A stretch of DNA of 27,954 bases, taken from NCBI GenBank assembly GCA_020859875.1, contig JAJBVJ010000184.1:1-27954 (forward strand). The letters are read 5' to 3'. The notes under the pieces were generated by a model. It had not been told where the DNA came from. It did no database searches and was given only the letters and a program-made list of their open reading frames with translations. Both the position numbers and the translations under genes were made by a program. Source of the stretch: Rikenellaceae bacterium (GTDB taxonomy: Bacteria; Bacteroidota; Bacteroidia; Bacteroidales; Rikenellaceae). Below are positions 1 to 8,675 of the stretch, piece after piece (position 1 is the stretch's first letter; each line of letters opens with the position of its first letter).

Positions 1-291
1 AGCAGTCCGGCCTGGTATTCCGACGGGGTCGCGCTGCTTAAACAAATATCGGAATTGAGCCTCGAATATGAATTTTTCAGGCATAAGACCGCCCTTCTGG
101 ATTATGCCCGCAAAAAGACAACCCAAAAGGTGAACCTTTACGAAAAGGTACAGATACCGGGATATCGGGATGCGATCCGGAAGATTAAGCGTTTCCTCGA
201 AGATGAGGAGAACCTCTCGAAAAGTTCACAGAAGATAGTGAAGACGCGCCAGAATATGGCCCTGCAGCTAGGAAAGGAGGCAGCAGTATGA
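1..291 (+). CDS. ntpD: V-type ATP synthase subunit D, 5'-truncated by window edge
   Basis: Frame is open from base 1 (SSPAWYSDGVALLKQISELSLEYEFF...). It contains TTQKVNLYEKVQIPGYRDAIRKIKRFLEDEENLSKSSQKIVK, typical of subunit D C-termini. The stop overlaps the subunit I start (ATGA). Confidence 0.9.
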   Translation, partial: SSPAWYSDGVALLKQISELSLEYEFFRHKTALLDYARKKTTQKVNLYEKVQIPGYRDAIRKIKRFLEDEENLSKSSQKIVKTRQNMALQLGKEAAV

Positions 292-2099
292 TCGTAAGGA
301 TGAAAAAATACGACTTCGTTGTTCTTGCGGCCCAAAAGAATGATTTTCTGAACCGGCTGCAGGATCTTGGACTGGTCGATATAAATGTCCGCAAATGGGA
401 ACCCGACGAAAAGCAGAGGGAACTGTTGATATCCATCGAACGCCACCGAACCGCTGTTACGCGTCTGAAGGAAATGAAGGACGACGAAGGGGTTAAAACG
501 GCCGTTCCATACTGCAACGGCGAAGAAGCCTACCGGGCATATCTCGCGGCTTACACTCAGGAAGACATACTCACAGCCCGTATTGCCCAGGATCGAAAGG
601 ATGCCGAGTACCTCGAAAAATGGGGGGAATTCAGTCCCGAAAAGGTCGAAGAGCTGGAGCGGCAGGGAATTAAACTGCGGTTTTTCCATGCCTACACCAA
701 AGAGTTCGACAACCAGCGGAGCGGATGGGAAGAGGATTACACCGTCTATCCCGTAAGCCGGTCGGAAGGGATAACCTATTTTGTGGTGGTCGCCGCTCCG
801 GGCGACGAAATCCTAATCAATGCCCAGGAAGACCGCGCACCGGATATGACATATTCCGATAAGATTGCCGCTATCGACCGGCTCGAAGCCGAGCGGGACA
901 GCCTTATGAAGGAAATAGAACGGGCTGCAGCTTCGGTCGACCTGATCGAACAGCACGGTCTTGCCGAGGAGTCTCTTCTTCACCTCGAACAGGTATCCGG
1001 ATCGGCATCCGAAGCGGCAGACGGGACGCTGGTGATTATGGAGGGATGGGCTACGGCCGCAACCGAAGCGAAGGTCGACGCGGCTCTTGCGGACTATCCC
1101 GACCTATTCTACCTGAAATCCGATCCGACACCCCAGGACGAGCCTCCCGTGCTGTTAAAGAACAACCGGTTCAACCGGATGTTCGAGATCATCGGCAGCT
1201 TTTATTCTCTTCCGAAGTACGGTACGCTCGATCTGACGCCCTTTTTCGGGCCGTTCTACGTACTCTTCTTCGGACTCTGCCTGGCAGATGCAGGTTACGG
1301 GCTGATAATATTTACGGCCGGACTGGTGATGCTTAAAAAATTAAAGGGATCGCAACAACCGTTGGCCCGGCTGGTTATCTCCCTCGGGTTGTCGACCATG
1401 GTATGCGGCACTTTTCTCGGCTCCTTTTTCGGGATCCAATTGGGGGAAGTAGAAGCCTTCGGCAATTTCCGGAAGTACATTCTCTCGCCCGATAATATGT
1501 TCCTGCTTGCGCTCGGAATAGGTATTTTCCAGATCATATTCGGCATGTGTCTAAAGGTGGTGAATCTGACCATGCAATACGGATTTCGCTACTCCCTGTC
1601 GACGATAGGTTGGATACTGGTTCTGGTCAGCTCCCTGGTGGCCGGACTGTCGCCGGAAGGATCGGGCTTCGGCCTCTTTTCTACCGCCCATCTGGTGATT
1701 GCCGGCATCGGGGTCTTTATGATGCTTTTTTTGAATACTCCAAAGAAAAATCCTTTCATTAACCTGGGAACCGGCCTTTGGAACCTTTATAACGATCTGA
1801 CGGGTATAGTCGGCGACACGCTGAGTTATGTGCGGTTGTTCGCCCTCGGACTATCTGGCGGCATACTGGCCCTGGTTTTCAACCAACTCGCCATCGGATT
1901 GAGCCCCGATATTCCCGTAGTCCGCCAGATAGTGATGGTGATAATACTCGTACTGGGGCACGGCATCACAATCTTTATGTCGACACTCAGCGCCTTCGTA
2001 CACCCCATTCGCCTGACCTTCGTGGAATTTTATAAAAACGCCGGTTTCGAAACCGCCCAAAGAGAGTTCAGGCCTTTAAAGAGAACGAACGAAAACTAA
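288..2099 (+). CDS. ntpI: V-type ATP synthase subunit I (a subunit)
   Basis: 603 aa with a soluble N-half and a multi-TM C-half. Motifs PPVLLKNN, YSLPKYGTLDLTPFF, GDTLSYVRLFALGL, HPIRLTFVEFY. Confidence 0.95.
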   Translation: MIVRMKKYDFVVLAAQKNDFLNRLQDLGLVDINVRKWEPDEKQRELLISIERHRTAVTRLKEMKDDEGVKTAVPYCNGEEAYRAYLAAYTQEDILTARIAQDRKDAEYLEKWGEFSPEKVEELERQGIKLRFFHAYTKEFDNQRSGWEEDYTVYPVSRSEGITYFVVVAAPGDEILINAQEDRAPDMTYSDKIAAIDRLEAERDSLMKEIERAAASVDLIEQHGLAEESLLHLEQVSGSASEAADGTLVIMEGWATAATEAKVDAALADYPDLFYLKSDPTPQDEPPVLLKNNRFNRMFEIIGSFYSLPKYGTLDLTPFFGPFYVLFFGLCLADAGYGLIIFTAGLVMLKKLKGSQQPLARLVISLGLSTMVCGTFLGSFFGIQLGEVEAFGNFRKYILSPDNMFLLALGIGIFQIIFGMCLKVVNLTMQYGFRYSLSTIGWILVLVSSLVAGLSPEGSGFGLFSTAHLVIAGIGVFMMLFLNTPKKNPFINLGTGLWNLYNDLTGIVGDTLSYVRLFALGLSGGILALVFNQLAIGLSPDIPVVRQIVMVIILVLGHGITIFMSTLSAFVHPIRLTFVEFYKNAGFETAQREFRPLKRTNEN

Positions 2100-2127
2100 A
2101 TAAACTTAAATTAAAAAAAAGAAGATT

Positions 2128-2586
2128 ATGACACCGATTGTATTAGCATGGATAGGTGCGGCATTTATGGTAGGTATGAGCGGATTAGCCAGTGCCATAG
2201 GTACCTCTATCGCGGCACAGGCGGCTGTAGGAGCCCTGAAAAAGAACCGCGGAGCCTCGGGCAGCTATCTCATCCTCTCGGCCCTGCCGGGCAGCCAGGG
2301 TCTTTACGGATTCGCAGGTTACTACATATTTGCAAATATATCCGGACTGTTCACCGACAGCATCACATGGGTTCAGGCCGGCGGTATCTTTGCCGGGGGC
2401 CTCATTATGGGATTCGTGGCCCTATTCAGCAGTATGATGCAGGGAAGGATTTGTGCCAACGGTATAACGGCTATCGGCAATGGACATAACGTGAGGAACA
2501 ATACACTGATCCTGGCGGTTATTCCTGAACTTTATGCAATCCTCGGATTTGCAACACTGTTCCTTATAAACACGATGATAAGTTAA
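2128..2586 (+). CDS. ntpK: V-type ATP synthase subunit K (c ring proteolipid)
   Basis: 152 aa, four hydrophobic segments, LPGSQGLYGF and PELYAIL motifs, directly after subunit I. Confidence 0.95.
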   Translation: MTPIVLAWIGAAFMVGMSGLASAIGTSIAAQAAVGALKKNRGASGSYLILSALPGSQGLYGFAGYYIFANISGLFTDSITWVQAGGIFAGGLIMGFVALFSSMMQGRICANGITAIGNGHNVRNNTLILAVIPELYAILGFATLFLINTMIS

Positions 2587-2605
2587 ACCGAACGATCCGT
2601 TGCGG

Positions 2606-2633
2606 GGCCTGCGTAAAGCATTTTGCGCAGGCC
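2606..2633 (+). terminator. Hairpin after ntpK, likely intrinsic terminator
   Basis: GGCCTGCG...CGCAGGCC inverted repeat, extendable by A-T and G-T pairs, followed by TTCTCATTTT. Confidence 0.6.
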
Positions 2634-2674
2634 TTCTCATTTTAAACTGCCATTGAACCGTAGGCAAATTTTCG

Positions 2675-2682
2675 TACATTTG
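2675..2682 (+). promoter_or_regulatory. Bacteroidota -7 promoter element for holA
   Basis: TACATTTG matches TAnnTTTG, 19 bp upstream of the holA ATG. Confidence 0.7.
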
Positions 2683-2701
2683 CCCCAAATTCCAACCACA
2701 G

Positions 2702-3772
2702 ATGGCCAAGAGCGGCATAAATTTCCGGGACACCATAGCCAAATATACCTCCGTCGAAAAAGAAATAAGGGGTGGTAAATTTGCTCCGGTATATCTGTTG
2801 ATGGGTGAAGAGGGCTATTTTATCGACCGTATTTCCGACCTGCTGGCTACAACCGTGCTCAACGAACAAGAGCGGGCCTTCAACCAGATCGTGGCATACG
2901 GCAAAGACAGCGAAGCGGGCGATATTATAAACTTCTGCAGGCAAATGCCCATGATGGGGGCCTATCAGGTGGTAATCCTCAAGGAGGCTCAGCAGCTTCG
3001 CAAAATCGAACAGCTCTCCCTTTACACCCAGTCGCCCTCCGCTACCACCGTGCTGGTAATTTGCCATAAGGAAAAAAATCTGGACAAGCGGTCGGCATTA
3101 TACAAACATATAAATAAAATCGGTGTCGTATTGGAATCGGTACGGCCGCGCGATTACGAAATCGGGGGGTGGCTTTCGGAATTCGTCCGCGGTAAAGGTT
3201 TCGGGATCGAGCCCAAAGCCCTCACCATGCTTACGGATCACCTCGGTTCGGACATTGCAAAAATTTCCAACGAGTTGGACAAACTCGTAACTTTCCTTCC
3301 CGAAGGAACCGCCGCCATCACAGCCGACCATATCGAACAGAACATAGGAATTAGCAAGGATTTCAATAATTTCGAACTGACCCGGGCCATGAGCGAGCGC
3401 AATATGCAGAAGGCTCTGCTTATCGCCGAACACTTCTCGCGCAACCCGAAGGATAATCCGCTGCTGGTTACCTTCAGCACCCTTTTCTCCCATTTCCAAA
3501 GAATATTCATACTCAATTACCAGAAATGGCTCTCCCGCAACCGCGGAACCGCCATGCCCCCGGATGCGGAACTTGCCCGTATGCTGAAAATACCCTCGGC
3601 ATTTTTTCTGAACGAGTATAAGCAGGCGGCTTCGCTCTATCCCAACAAAAAAGTATTCGTTATACTCGGGCTTCTCCGTGAATACGACATGAAAAGCAAA
3701 GGGATGAACGCCGGAAGCGCGGGCGAGGGTGAATTGCTACGCGAGCTGTTAATGAAAATTTTTCTCCTGTAA
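2702..3772 (+). CDS. holA: DNA polymerase III subunit delta
   Basis: 356 aa. PVYLLMGEEGYFID, CRQMPMMGAYQVVILKEAQ, LGSDIAKISNELDKL, IGISKDFNNFEL are typical of Bacteroidota HolA. Confidence 0.92.
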   Translation: MAKSGINFRDTIAKYTSVEKEIRGGKFAPVYLLMGEEGYFIDRISDLLATTVLNEQERAFNQIVAYGKDSEAGDIINFCRQMPMMGAYQVVILKEAQQLRKIEQLSLYTQSPSATTVLVICHKEKNLDKRSALYKHINKIGVVLESVRPRDYEIGGWLSEFVRGKGFGIEPKALTMLTDHLGSDIAKISNELDKLVTFLPEGTAAITADHIEQNIGISKDFNNFELTRAMSERNMQKALLIAEHFSRNPKDNPLLVTFSTLFSHFQRIFILNYQKWLSRNRGTAMPPDAELARMLKIPSAFFLNEYKQAASLYPNKKVFVILGLLREYDMKSKGMNAGSAGEGELLRELLMKIFLL

Positions 3773-3774
3773 GC

Positions 3775-4533
3775 CTAAAAATCTATAAGATAATATTTTT
3801 GCCGGGCTTCCTGACGAGAGACATGGTTGAAATGCCACCATTCGCTTTGCACCGTGGTGAACCCCGCCTCGCGCATTATTTTTCTTAGCAGAAGCCGGTT
3901 CGCGAGTTCATCCCGGGTAATTATCCCTCTTTCCACAAGAGACTGCTCATTGTCGATATTGGCCTCGAAGCCAAGATGGTCGTAACCGGTTCCCATAGGG
4001 AGCGGATTATTGTCGTCATCGAGTAGTGAAATATCGACCGCCGCGCCGTAATTATGCAGGCCTCCCCCTTTGGACGGGTCGGCTACGTAGTAATGCTTTC
4101 CGTGGACTTCCGCAAATTTTCGCATTTTCCTCTGTACGGACATCGGACGGGCGGCATCGTAGACTACGATCCTGAATCCGGGGCGAAGCGAATCGAGAAT
4201 ATCCTGAGCCTTTACCAGTTTGGCCGCGGCATCGGGCACCAGGTAGGCACGGGTCAGATCGTCGTAGAGTACCTCACCGAGAAAATTATCCGGTGTGGAA
4301 TATACAAGGTCGACCGCTATCCTACCGTCGACCTGTGAAATATCCACCAGCCCGAGCGAATCGAGCATTAATTCGGTGAGGGATTTCGGTGGGATGGATT
4401 CGGTCGTGGGAGTATGCGGAACCCCGTAATCAGTTATTTTTTCGATCTCCGTCGCAGCACCTCCCGTCCGGCCCAGGCAGGAGGTAAAAATAAGCAGGAC
4501 GAAGAAATGGACAATTACTTCCGGCACTTTCAT
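3775..4533 (-). CDS. ddpX: D-alanyl-D-alanine dipeptidase (peptidase M15D, VanX/DdpX family), predicted lipoprotein
   Basis: YDAARP, HNYGAAVD and EWWHF motifs. N-terminal hydrophobic segment ends in FTSC (lipobox). Confidence 0.85.
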   Translation of the reverse strand: MKVPEVIVHFFVLLIFTSCLGRTGGAATEIEKITDYGVPHTPTTESIPPKSLTELMLDSLGLVDISQVDGRIAVDLVYSTPDNFLGEVLYDDLTRAYLVPDAAAKLVKAQDILDSLRPGFRIVVYDAARPMSVQRKMRKFAEVHGKHYYVADPSKGGGLHNYGAAVDISLLDDDNNPLPMGTGYDHLGFEANIDNEQSLVERGIITRDELANRLLLRKIMREAGFTTVQSEWWHFNHVSRQEARQKYYLIDF

Positions 4534-4600
4534 TCATCTATTTTTTGTTTACAAAGATGATTATAATCGGCGAGAATCGTGCCTCTCCATTTACGATCGT

Positions 4601-4608
4601 TATCTTTG
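4601..4608 (+). promoter_or_regulatory. -7 promoter element
   Basis: TATCTTTG, 17 bp upstream of an in-frame TTG at 4626. Confidence 0.6.
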
Positions 4609-4625
4609 CAGAATATTCTACCACA

Positions 4626-5162
4626 TTGTCCGAAGAAAAACATAGAAACCCGGTTACCGTAACGCGACTACCGCTGCGCAAACTCCTTGTATGCAGCGGG
4701 CCGCCGGTGGAAGAGAGAAGTGATGCCGTCCTGGCAAAGATAATCGACCAGTTTGACGGGCGGAAAGTCATTTGCGGGGGTACGACCTCGAACATAGTTT
4801 CACGTGAACTCGGCCGCCCTGTCCGCGTAAATATCGGCAACGACGGCTCGGGACTCCCACCCTCCTCCCATATGGAAGGGGTGGATTTGGTAACGGAGGG
4901 TGTTCTGACCCTCGGCCGGGTAAAGCACCTGCTTGAAACCGGAGGAGAAAATCCTATCGCAGAAAATAGTCCCGCGGGAGACATCGCCCGTATGATGGTT
5001 CAGAGCGATGATATTGAATTCGTGGTCGGTACAGGCATGAATCCGGTGCATAACGATCCCTCGCTTCCAATCGAGCTGGTGTTGCGCCGGAACATCATCG
5101 GTGAAATTGCCCGAATCCTGGAAAGCAAATACAAAAAGGTAATTTCTTTGAATTATTTATAG
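4626..5162 (+). CDS. Standalone C-terminal domain of hydrogenase-associated SpoIIE-like (HfsC-like) protein, no phosphatase domain
   Basis: KLLVCSGPP, RKVICGGTTSNIVSRELG, GVDLVTEGVLTL and FVVGT resemble the C-terminal region of hydrogenase-linked SpoIIE-family proteins. Start placed at TTG 4626 because the ORF-track ATG 4545 lies upstream of the promoter motif. Confidence 0.65.
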   Translation: MSEEKHRNPVTVTRLPLRKLLVCSGPPVEERSDAVLAKIIDQFDGRKVICGGTTSNIVSRELGRPVRVNIGNDGSGLPPSSHMEGVDLVTEGVLTLGRVKHLLETGGENPIAENSPAGDIARMMVQSDDIEFVVGTGMNPVHNDPSLPIELVLRRNIIGEIARILESKYKKVISLNYL

Positions 5163-5208
5163 CTTCGGATTATGCCCTCGGAAATTTTTATTTTGCGGGC
5201 TGTAGTTG

Positions 5209-5216
5209 TAAATTTG
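5209..5216 (+). promoter_or_regulatory. -7 promoter element for ferredoxin/hydrogenase genes
   Basis: TAAATTTG, 40 bp upstream of ATG 5257. Confidence 0.6.
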
Positions 5217-5256
5217 CATTTTCAATATTCCCTGTTAACCCGAATCACCAAAGAAA

Positions 5257-5520
5257 ATGGACGGCAAACTGCAAGTAAAGATCTGTACCGGAACCCTCTG
5301 CTATGTAATGGGAGGTGCCGAGCTGCAACTCATCGACGAACATATACCGCAGGAGCTGCTGCCTTTTATAGAGGTCAGTGGGGCCCCGTGTCTGGATGTC
5401 TGCGAGAAAAAAGCGGGAAGCGCCCCGTTCGCAAAGGTGGGCGATAAACTCATTTCTCAGGCCAGTATAAATCAGATCGTCGCCGCCATCAGGGATGAAC
5501 TAAAAGTGAGCGCTTTATAA
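5257..5520 (+). CDS. NuoE-like thioredoxin-fold [2Fe-2S] ferredoxin (HfsA-like)
   Basis: 87 aa with CTGTLC and PCLDVC (Cx4C, Cx3C). TAATG overlap with the hydrogenase. Confidence 0.85.
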   Translation: MDGKLQVKICTGTLCYVMGGAELQLIDEHIPQELLPFIEVSGAPCLDVCEKKAGSAPFAKVGDKLISQASINQIVAAIRDELKVSAL

Positions 5521-6956
5521 TGGCTGTTAACAACGCGGTACTGATCCACCGCGAGCTCATATCGAGAATCACAAAACTTTTCAGCGACGGAGAACTCGAG
5601 CTCAAGGTAGACCGGATACCACTCGAAATGCGTCCCCGCCACGGGGAAAGTTCCCGGTGCTGTATCTATAAAGACAGGGCGATGCTCCGCTATAAGATCA
5701 TGGCTCTGTTGGGTTTCGATATCCGCGAAGAAGACGACGAGCTAACTCCCCTCTCCCATTATGTGCAAAAGGCATGGGAAAGGACAAAGATCGCCAGTGA
5801 ACCCTTGACTGTCGTAGACGATGTTTGCAGCGCGTGCGTACGGACCAACTATGTGGTTACCAACATGTGCCGTGGGTGTATGGCCCGTCCCTGCATGCTT
5901 AACTGCCCGAAGGACGCCATTGGTTTCGATGCGGGCCAGGCCCATATCAGCCATGAAAAATGTGTAAACTGCGGAATCTGCCAGAAGAGCTGTCCGTTCC
6001 ACGCCATCGTTTACGTTCCGGTGCCGTGTGAAGAATCATGTCCGGTTGGTGCCATTTCAAAAAGGGAAGACGGCACCGAGAAGATCGACTACGACAAATG
6101 CATATACTGCGGCCGCTGCGTAACTTCATGCCCGTTCGGGGCAGTGATGGAAAAATCGCATATCATGGATGTATTCAATGCCTTCCGGTGCGGCAAAAAA
6201 ACGGTGGCAATGGTAGCACCCGCCATTGCCGGGCAATTCAAAGCTCCCCTGGGAGCGATAATGGGCGCCTTGAAAGAACTTGGATTCGACCATATAATGG
6301 AGGTTGCCAAAGGCGCCGATATGACTACCGCGAACGAGGCGAAAGAATTTATCCACAAAATGGAAGAAGGCCAGCCGTTTATGACGACCTCCTGCTGTCC
6401 GTCGTATACTACGGCGGTAAAAAAACATATTCCCGAGCTGCTACCATTTGTTTCCGATACGCTTACCCCCATGCAGTACACTGCACGACTCGCCCGCGAA
6501 ATGTATCCCGACGCTGTTGTAGTATTCATAGGCCCATGCCTTGCCAAGAGGCATGAAACCTACTGCGATCCCAATGCCGACCTCATGCTCAGTTTTGCAG
6601 AGGTAGGATCGATGTTTGTTGCAAAAGGCATAGATGTTGCAAAGAGCAGCCACATCGAGCCCGACCCGACGATCCATGCAACAAGCCGCGGTTACCCGGT
6701 AACTTCGGGAGTTATGACTGCCGTAAAAACGAAGGTTGCAGACCGCGTGGAGGTCGTGCCGATGCTTATCGACGGTCTCGATAAGGCGAAGATCAGGGAG
6801 CTCAAAGCATTGCCAAAAACCTGTAAAGCCAACATGATCGAAGTGATGGCATGTCCGGGCGGCTGCGTTAGCGGCTGCAGTGTAATAGCGAACCCGAAGG
6901 TAGCGGGAAGGCAGGTAGGTGAGGTGGTCAAGATGACGGCGGACAGGACTTTGTAA
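5520..6956 (+). CDS. Monomeric [FeFe]-hydrogenase, group B-like
   Basis: H-cluster motifs TSCCPSY, GPCLAKRHE, EVMACPGGCVSG. Ferredoxin motifs CRGCMARPC..CP, CVNCGICQKSCP, CIYCGRCVTSCP. N-terminal RCCIYK segment. Confidence 0.92.
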   Translation: MAVNNAVLIHRELISRITKLFSDGELELKVDRIPLEMRPRHGESSRCCIYKDRAMLRYKIMALLGFDIREEDDELTPLSHYVQKAWERTKIASEPLTVVDDVCSACVRTNYVVTNMCRGCMARPCMLNCPKDAIGFDAGQAHISHEKCVNCGICQKSCPFHAIVYVPVPCEESCPVGAISKREDGTEKIDYDKCIYCGRCVTSCPFGAVMEKSHIMDVFNAFRCGKKTVAMVAPAIAGQFKAPLGAIMGALKELGFDHIMEVAKGADMTTANEAKEFIHKMEEGQPFMTTSCCPSYTTAVKKHIPELLPFVSDTLTPMQYTARLAREMYPDAVVVFIGPCLAKRHETYCDPNADLMLSFAEVGSMFVAKGIDVAKSSHIEPDPTIHATSRGYPVTSGVMTAVKTKVADRVEVVPMLIDGLDKAKIRELKALPKTCKANMIEVMACPGGCVSGCSVIANPKVAGRQVGEVVKMTADRTL

Positions 6957-7000
6957 ACCCGTAATTCCGATTTTATTATATAACCCTAAAACCAGATATT

Positions 7001-8197
7001 ATGTTCTTCAACGTCGAAGTGACCGGCAAGGTACATTGGATAGGAACCAATGACAGGCGCAAACACCGTTTCGAAAACCTTTGGCCGTTGCCCTTCGGTA
7101 TTTCATACAACTCCTATGTGATCGCCGACCAGAAGACGGCACTGGTCGATACGATCGAAATGGGCACCGACGGCTCCTACCTCGGAAGGCTCGAATCCAT
7201 CCTCGAAGGAAGGGATTTGGACTACCTGATTATTAACCATATGGAGCCGGATCATTCGGGAGAGATCGCAACAATTCTCCGACGTTTCCCCCAAGTGACC
7301 ATAGTTGGGAACAATAAGACCTTCAATATACTTAAGAACTATTTTGGGGAACTTCCGAAAAATCTGCTCGAAGTCAAGGACGGGGATCAGCTCGATCTGG
7401 GGTATCACAAGCTCCGATTCTATATGACACCGTGGGTGCACTGGCCCGAGACAATGATGACCTATGACCAGACGGAAAAGATCCTTTTCTCGGGCGACGC
7501 TTTCGGAACCTTCGGGACACTCGACGGCGGCATACTCGACCGGGACACAAAATTCGACTACTACGAGAATGAGATGCGGAGATATTATTCCAATATCGTA
7601 GGCAAATACGGCAACATGGTGCAGAAAGCCCTTGCCAAGTTGGAAGGAGTATCCATCCAAACCATATGCTCTCTCCACGGCCCGGTATGGCAGGAAAACG
7701 TTTCAAAAGTCGTAGGCCTTTATGACAAATGGAGCAAATGCGAGACGGAGAATGCCCTAGTGGTGATTTACGCATCGATGTACGGCAACGGTGCCCATAT
7801 GGCAGACTATATAGCGAATGTAACTTCGCGCAGCGGTGTGCGCGACATCCGTGTCTACGACGTCTCGAAAACACATATTTCTTACCTTATCAGTGAAATC
7901 TGGCGCTGCAGGGGCGTTATGCTCGGGAGCTGCGCCTATAATACGGAGCTGTTCCCACTGACGGAACAGCTTTGCACAGAGATACTCCACTACGGCGTGA
8001 AAGACAGGCTGCTGGGCATATTCGGCTCGTGCAGCTGGAACGGAGGCGGTGTGCGCAATCTGAGGCAGTTTGCCGAGAAAAGCGGTTGGGAACTGGTTTG
8101 TGAGCCGGTAGAGATGCTCGGATGCGCCGACGAAGAGAAATATGCCGCATGCGATACATTGGCCAAAACGATGGCCCGAAAGCTATTGAATAAATAG
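7001..8197 (+). CDS. fprA: Flavodiiron protein (metallo-beta-lactamase plus flavodoxin; O2/NO reductase family)
   Basis: Diiron ligand motifs HMEPDH, PWVHWPE, FSGDAFG, HGP. Flavodoxin YASMYGN and FGSCSWNGGG. Confidence 0.92.
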   Translation: MFFNVEVTGKVHWIGTNDRRKHRFENLWPLPFGISYNSYVIADQKTALVDTIEMGTDGSYLGRLESILEGRDLDYLIINHMEPDHSGEIATILRRFPQVTIVGNNKTFNILKNYFGELPKNLLEVKDGDQLDLGYHKLRFYMTPWVHWPETMMTYDQTEKILFSGDAFGTFGTLDGGILDRDTKFDYYENEMRRYYSNIVGKYGNMVQKALAKLEGVSIQTICSLHGPVWQENVSKVVGLYDKWSKCETENALVVIYASMYGNGAHMADYIANVTSRSGVRDIRVYDVSKTHISYLISEIWRCRGVMLGSCAYNTELFPLTEQLCTEILHYGVKDRLLGIFGSCSWNGGGVRNLRQFAEKSGWELVCEPVEMLGCADEEKYAACDTLAKTMARKLLNK

Positions 8198-8198
8198 A

Positions 8199-8585
8199 AT
8201 GGAAGAGAAAGAATTGAATCCCGGAGCGGAATTTATTTCGGAGGCAGTAGTCGACGAATCGAAGACGGCTGTCTCGATGGGTTCGGGCGACATGCCGGTA
8301 CTTGCCAGCCCGGCTATGGTCGCGCTCATGGAAAATGCGGCTATGAAATGCGTTGCGGGGAGCCTGCCTCCAGGGAGCACCACCGTGGGAACCGAAATAA
8401 ACATAACACATACGAGGGCTACGGCTCCCGGCCGGAAGGTTACCGCAAAGGCGGTACTCCAATCGGTCGAGGGGCGCAGACTAACCTTCGGTGTATCGGC
8501 CGCCGACCAGACCGGGATTATAGGCGAAGGAACCCATGTCCGCTACATCGTGGACAGGGAAAGGTTCATGTCCAAACTGGACTAA
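8199..8585 (+). CDS. Hotdog-fold thioesterase, FlK (fluoroacetyl-CoA thioesterase)-like
   Basis: SMGSGDMPVLASPAMVALMENAA, TVGTEINITHTRAT, IGEGTHVRYIVDRERF. Confidence 0.85.
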   Translation: MEEKELNPGAEFISEAVVDESKTAVSMGSGDMPVLASPAMVALMENAAMKCVAGSLPPGSTTVGTEINITHTRATAPGRKVTAKAVLQSVEGRRLTFGVSAADQTGIIGEGTHVRYIVDRERFMSKLD

Positions 8586-8641
8586 ACCGACCCACAGAAA
8601 CACCGTCGAAGTATTTTTACATAGACGGGAACCCCGACGGA

Positions 8642-8672
8642 GAAAGTGCCGCCCAGTATGGGCGGCACTTTC
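8642..8672. terminator. Bidirectional intrinsic terminator
   Basis: Perfect 14-bp stem GAAAGTGCCGCCCA-GTA-TGGGCGGCACTTTC between convergent genes. Confidence 0.85.
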
Positions 8673-8675
8673 AAT

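Noticed and set aside
3775-4533. Vancomycin resistance cluster
   Set aside because: A lone VanX-family peptidase with a lipoprotein signal and no vanH/vanA/vanRS; most likely peptidoglycan turnover.
4545-4625. ATG 4545 as the start of the HfsC-like gene
   Set aside because: It leaves only 11 bp for two divergent promoters and places a consensus -7 element inside the CDS. TTG 4626 fits better.
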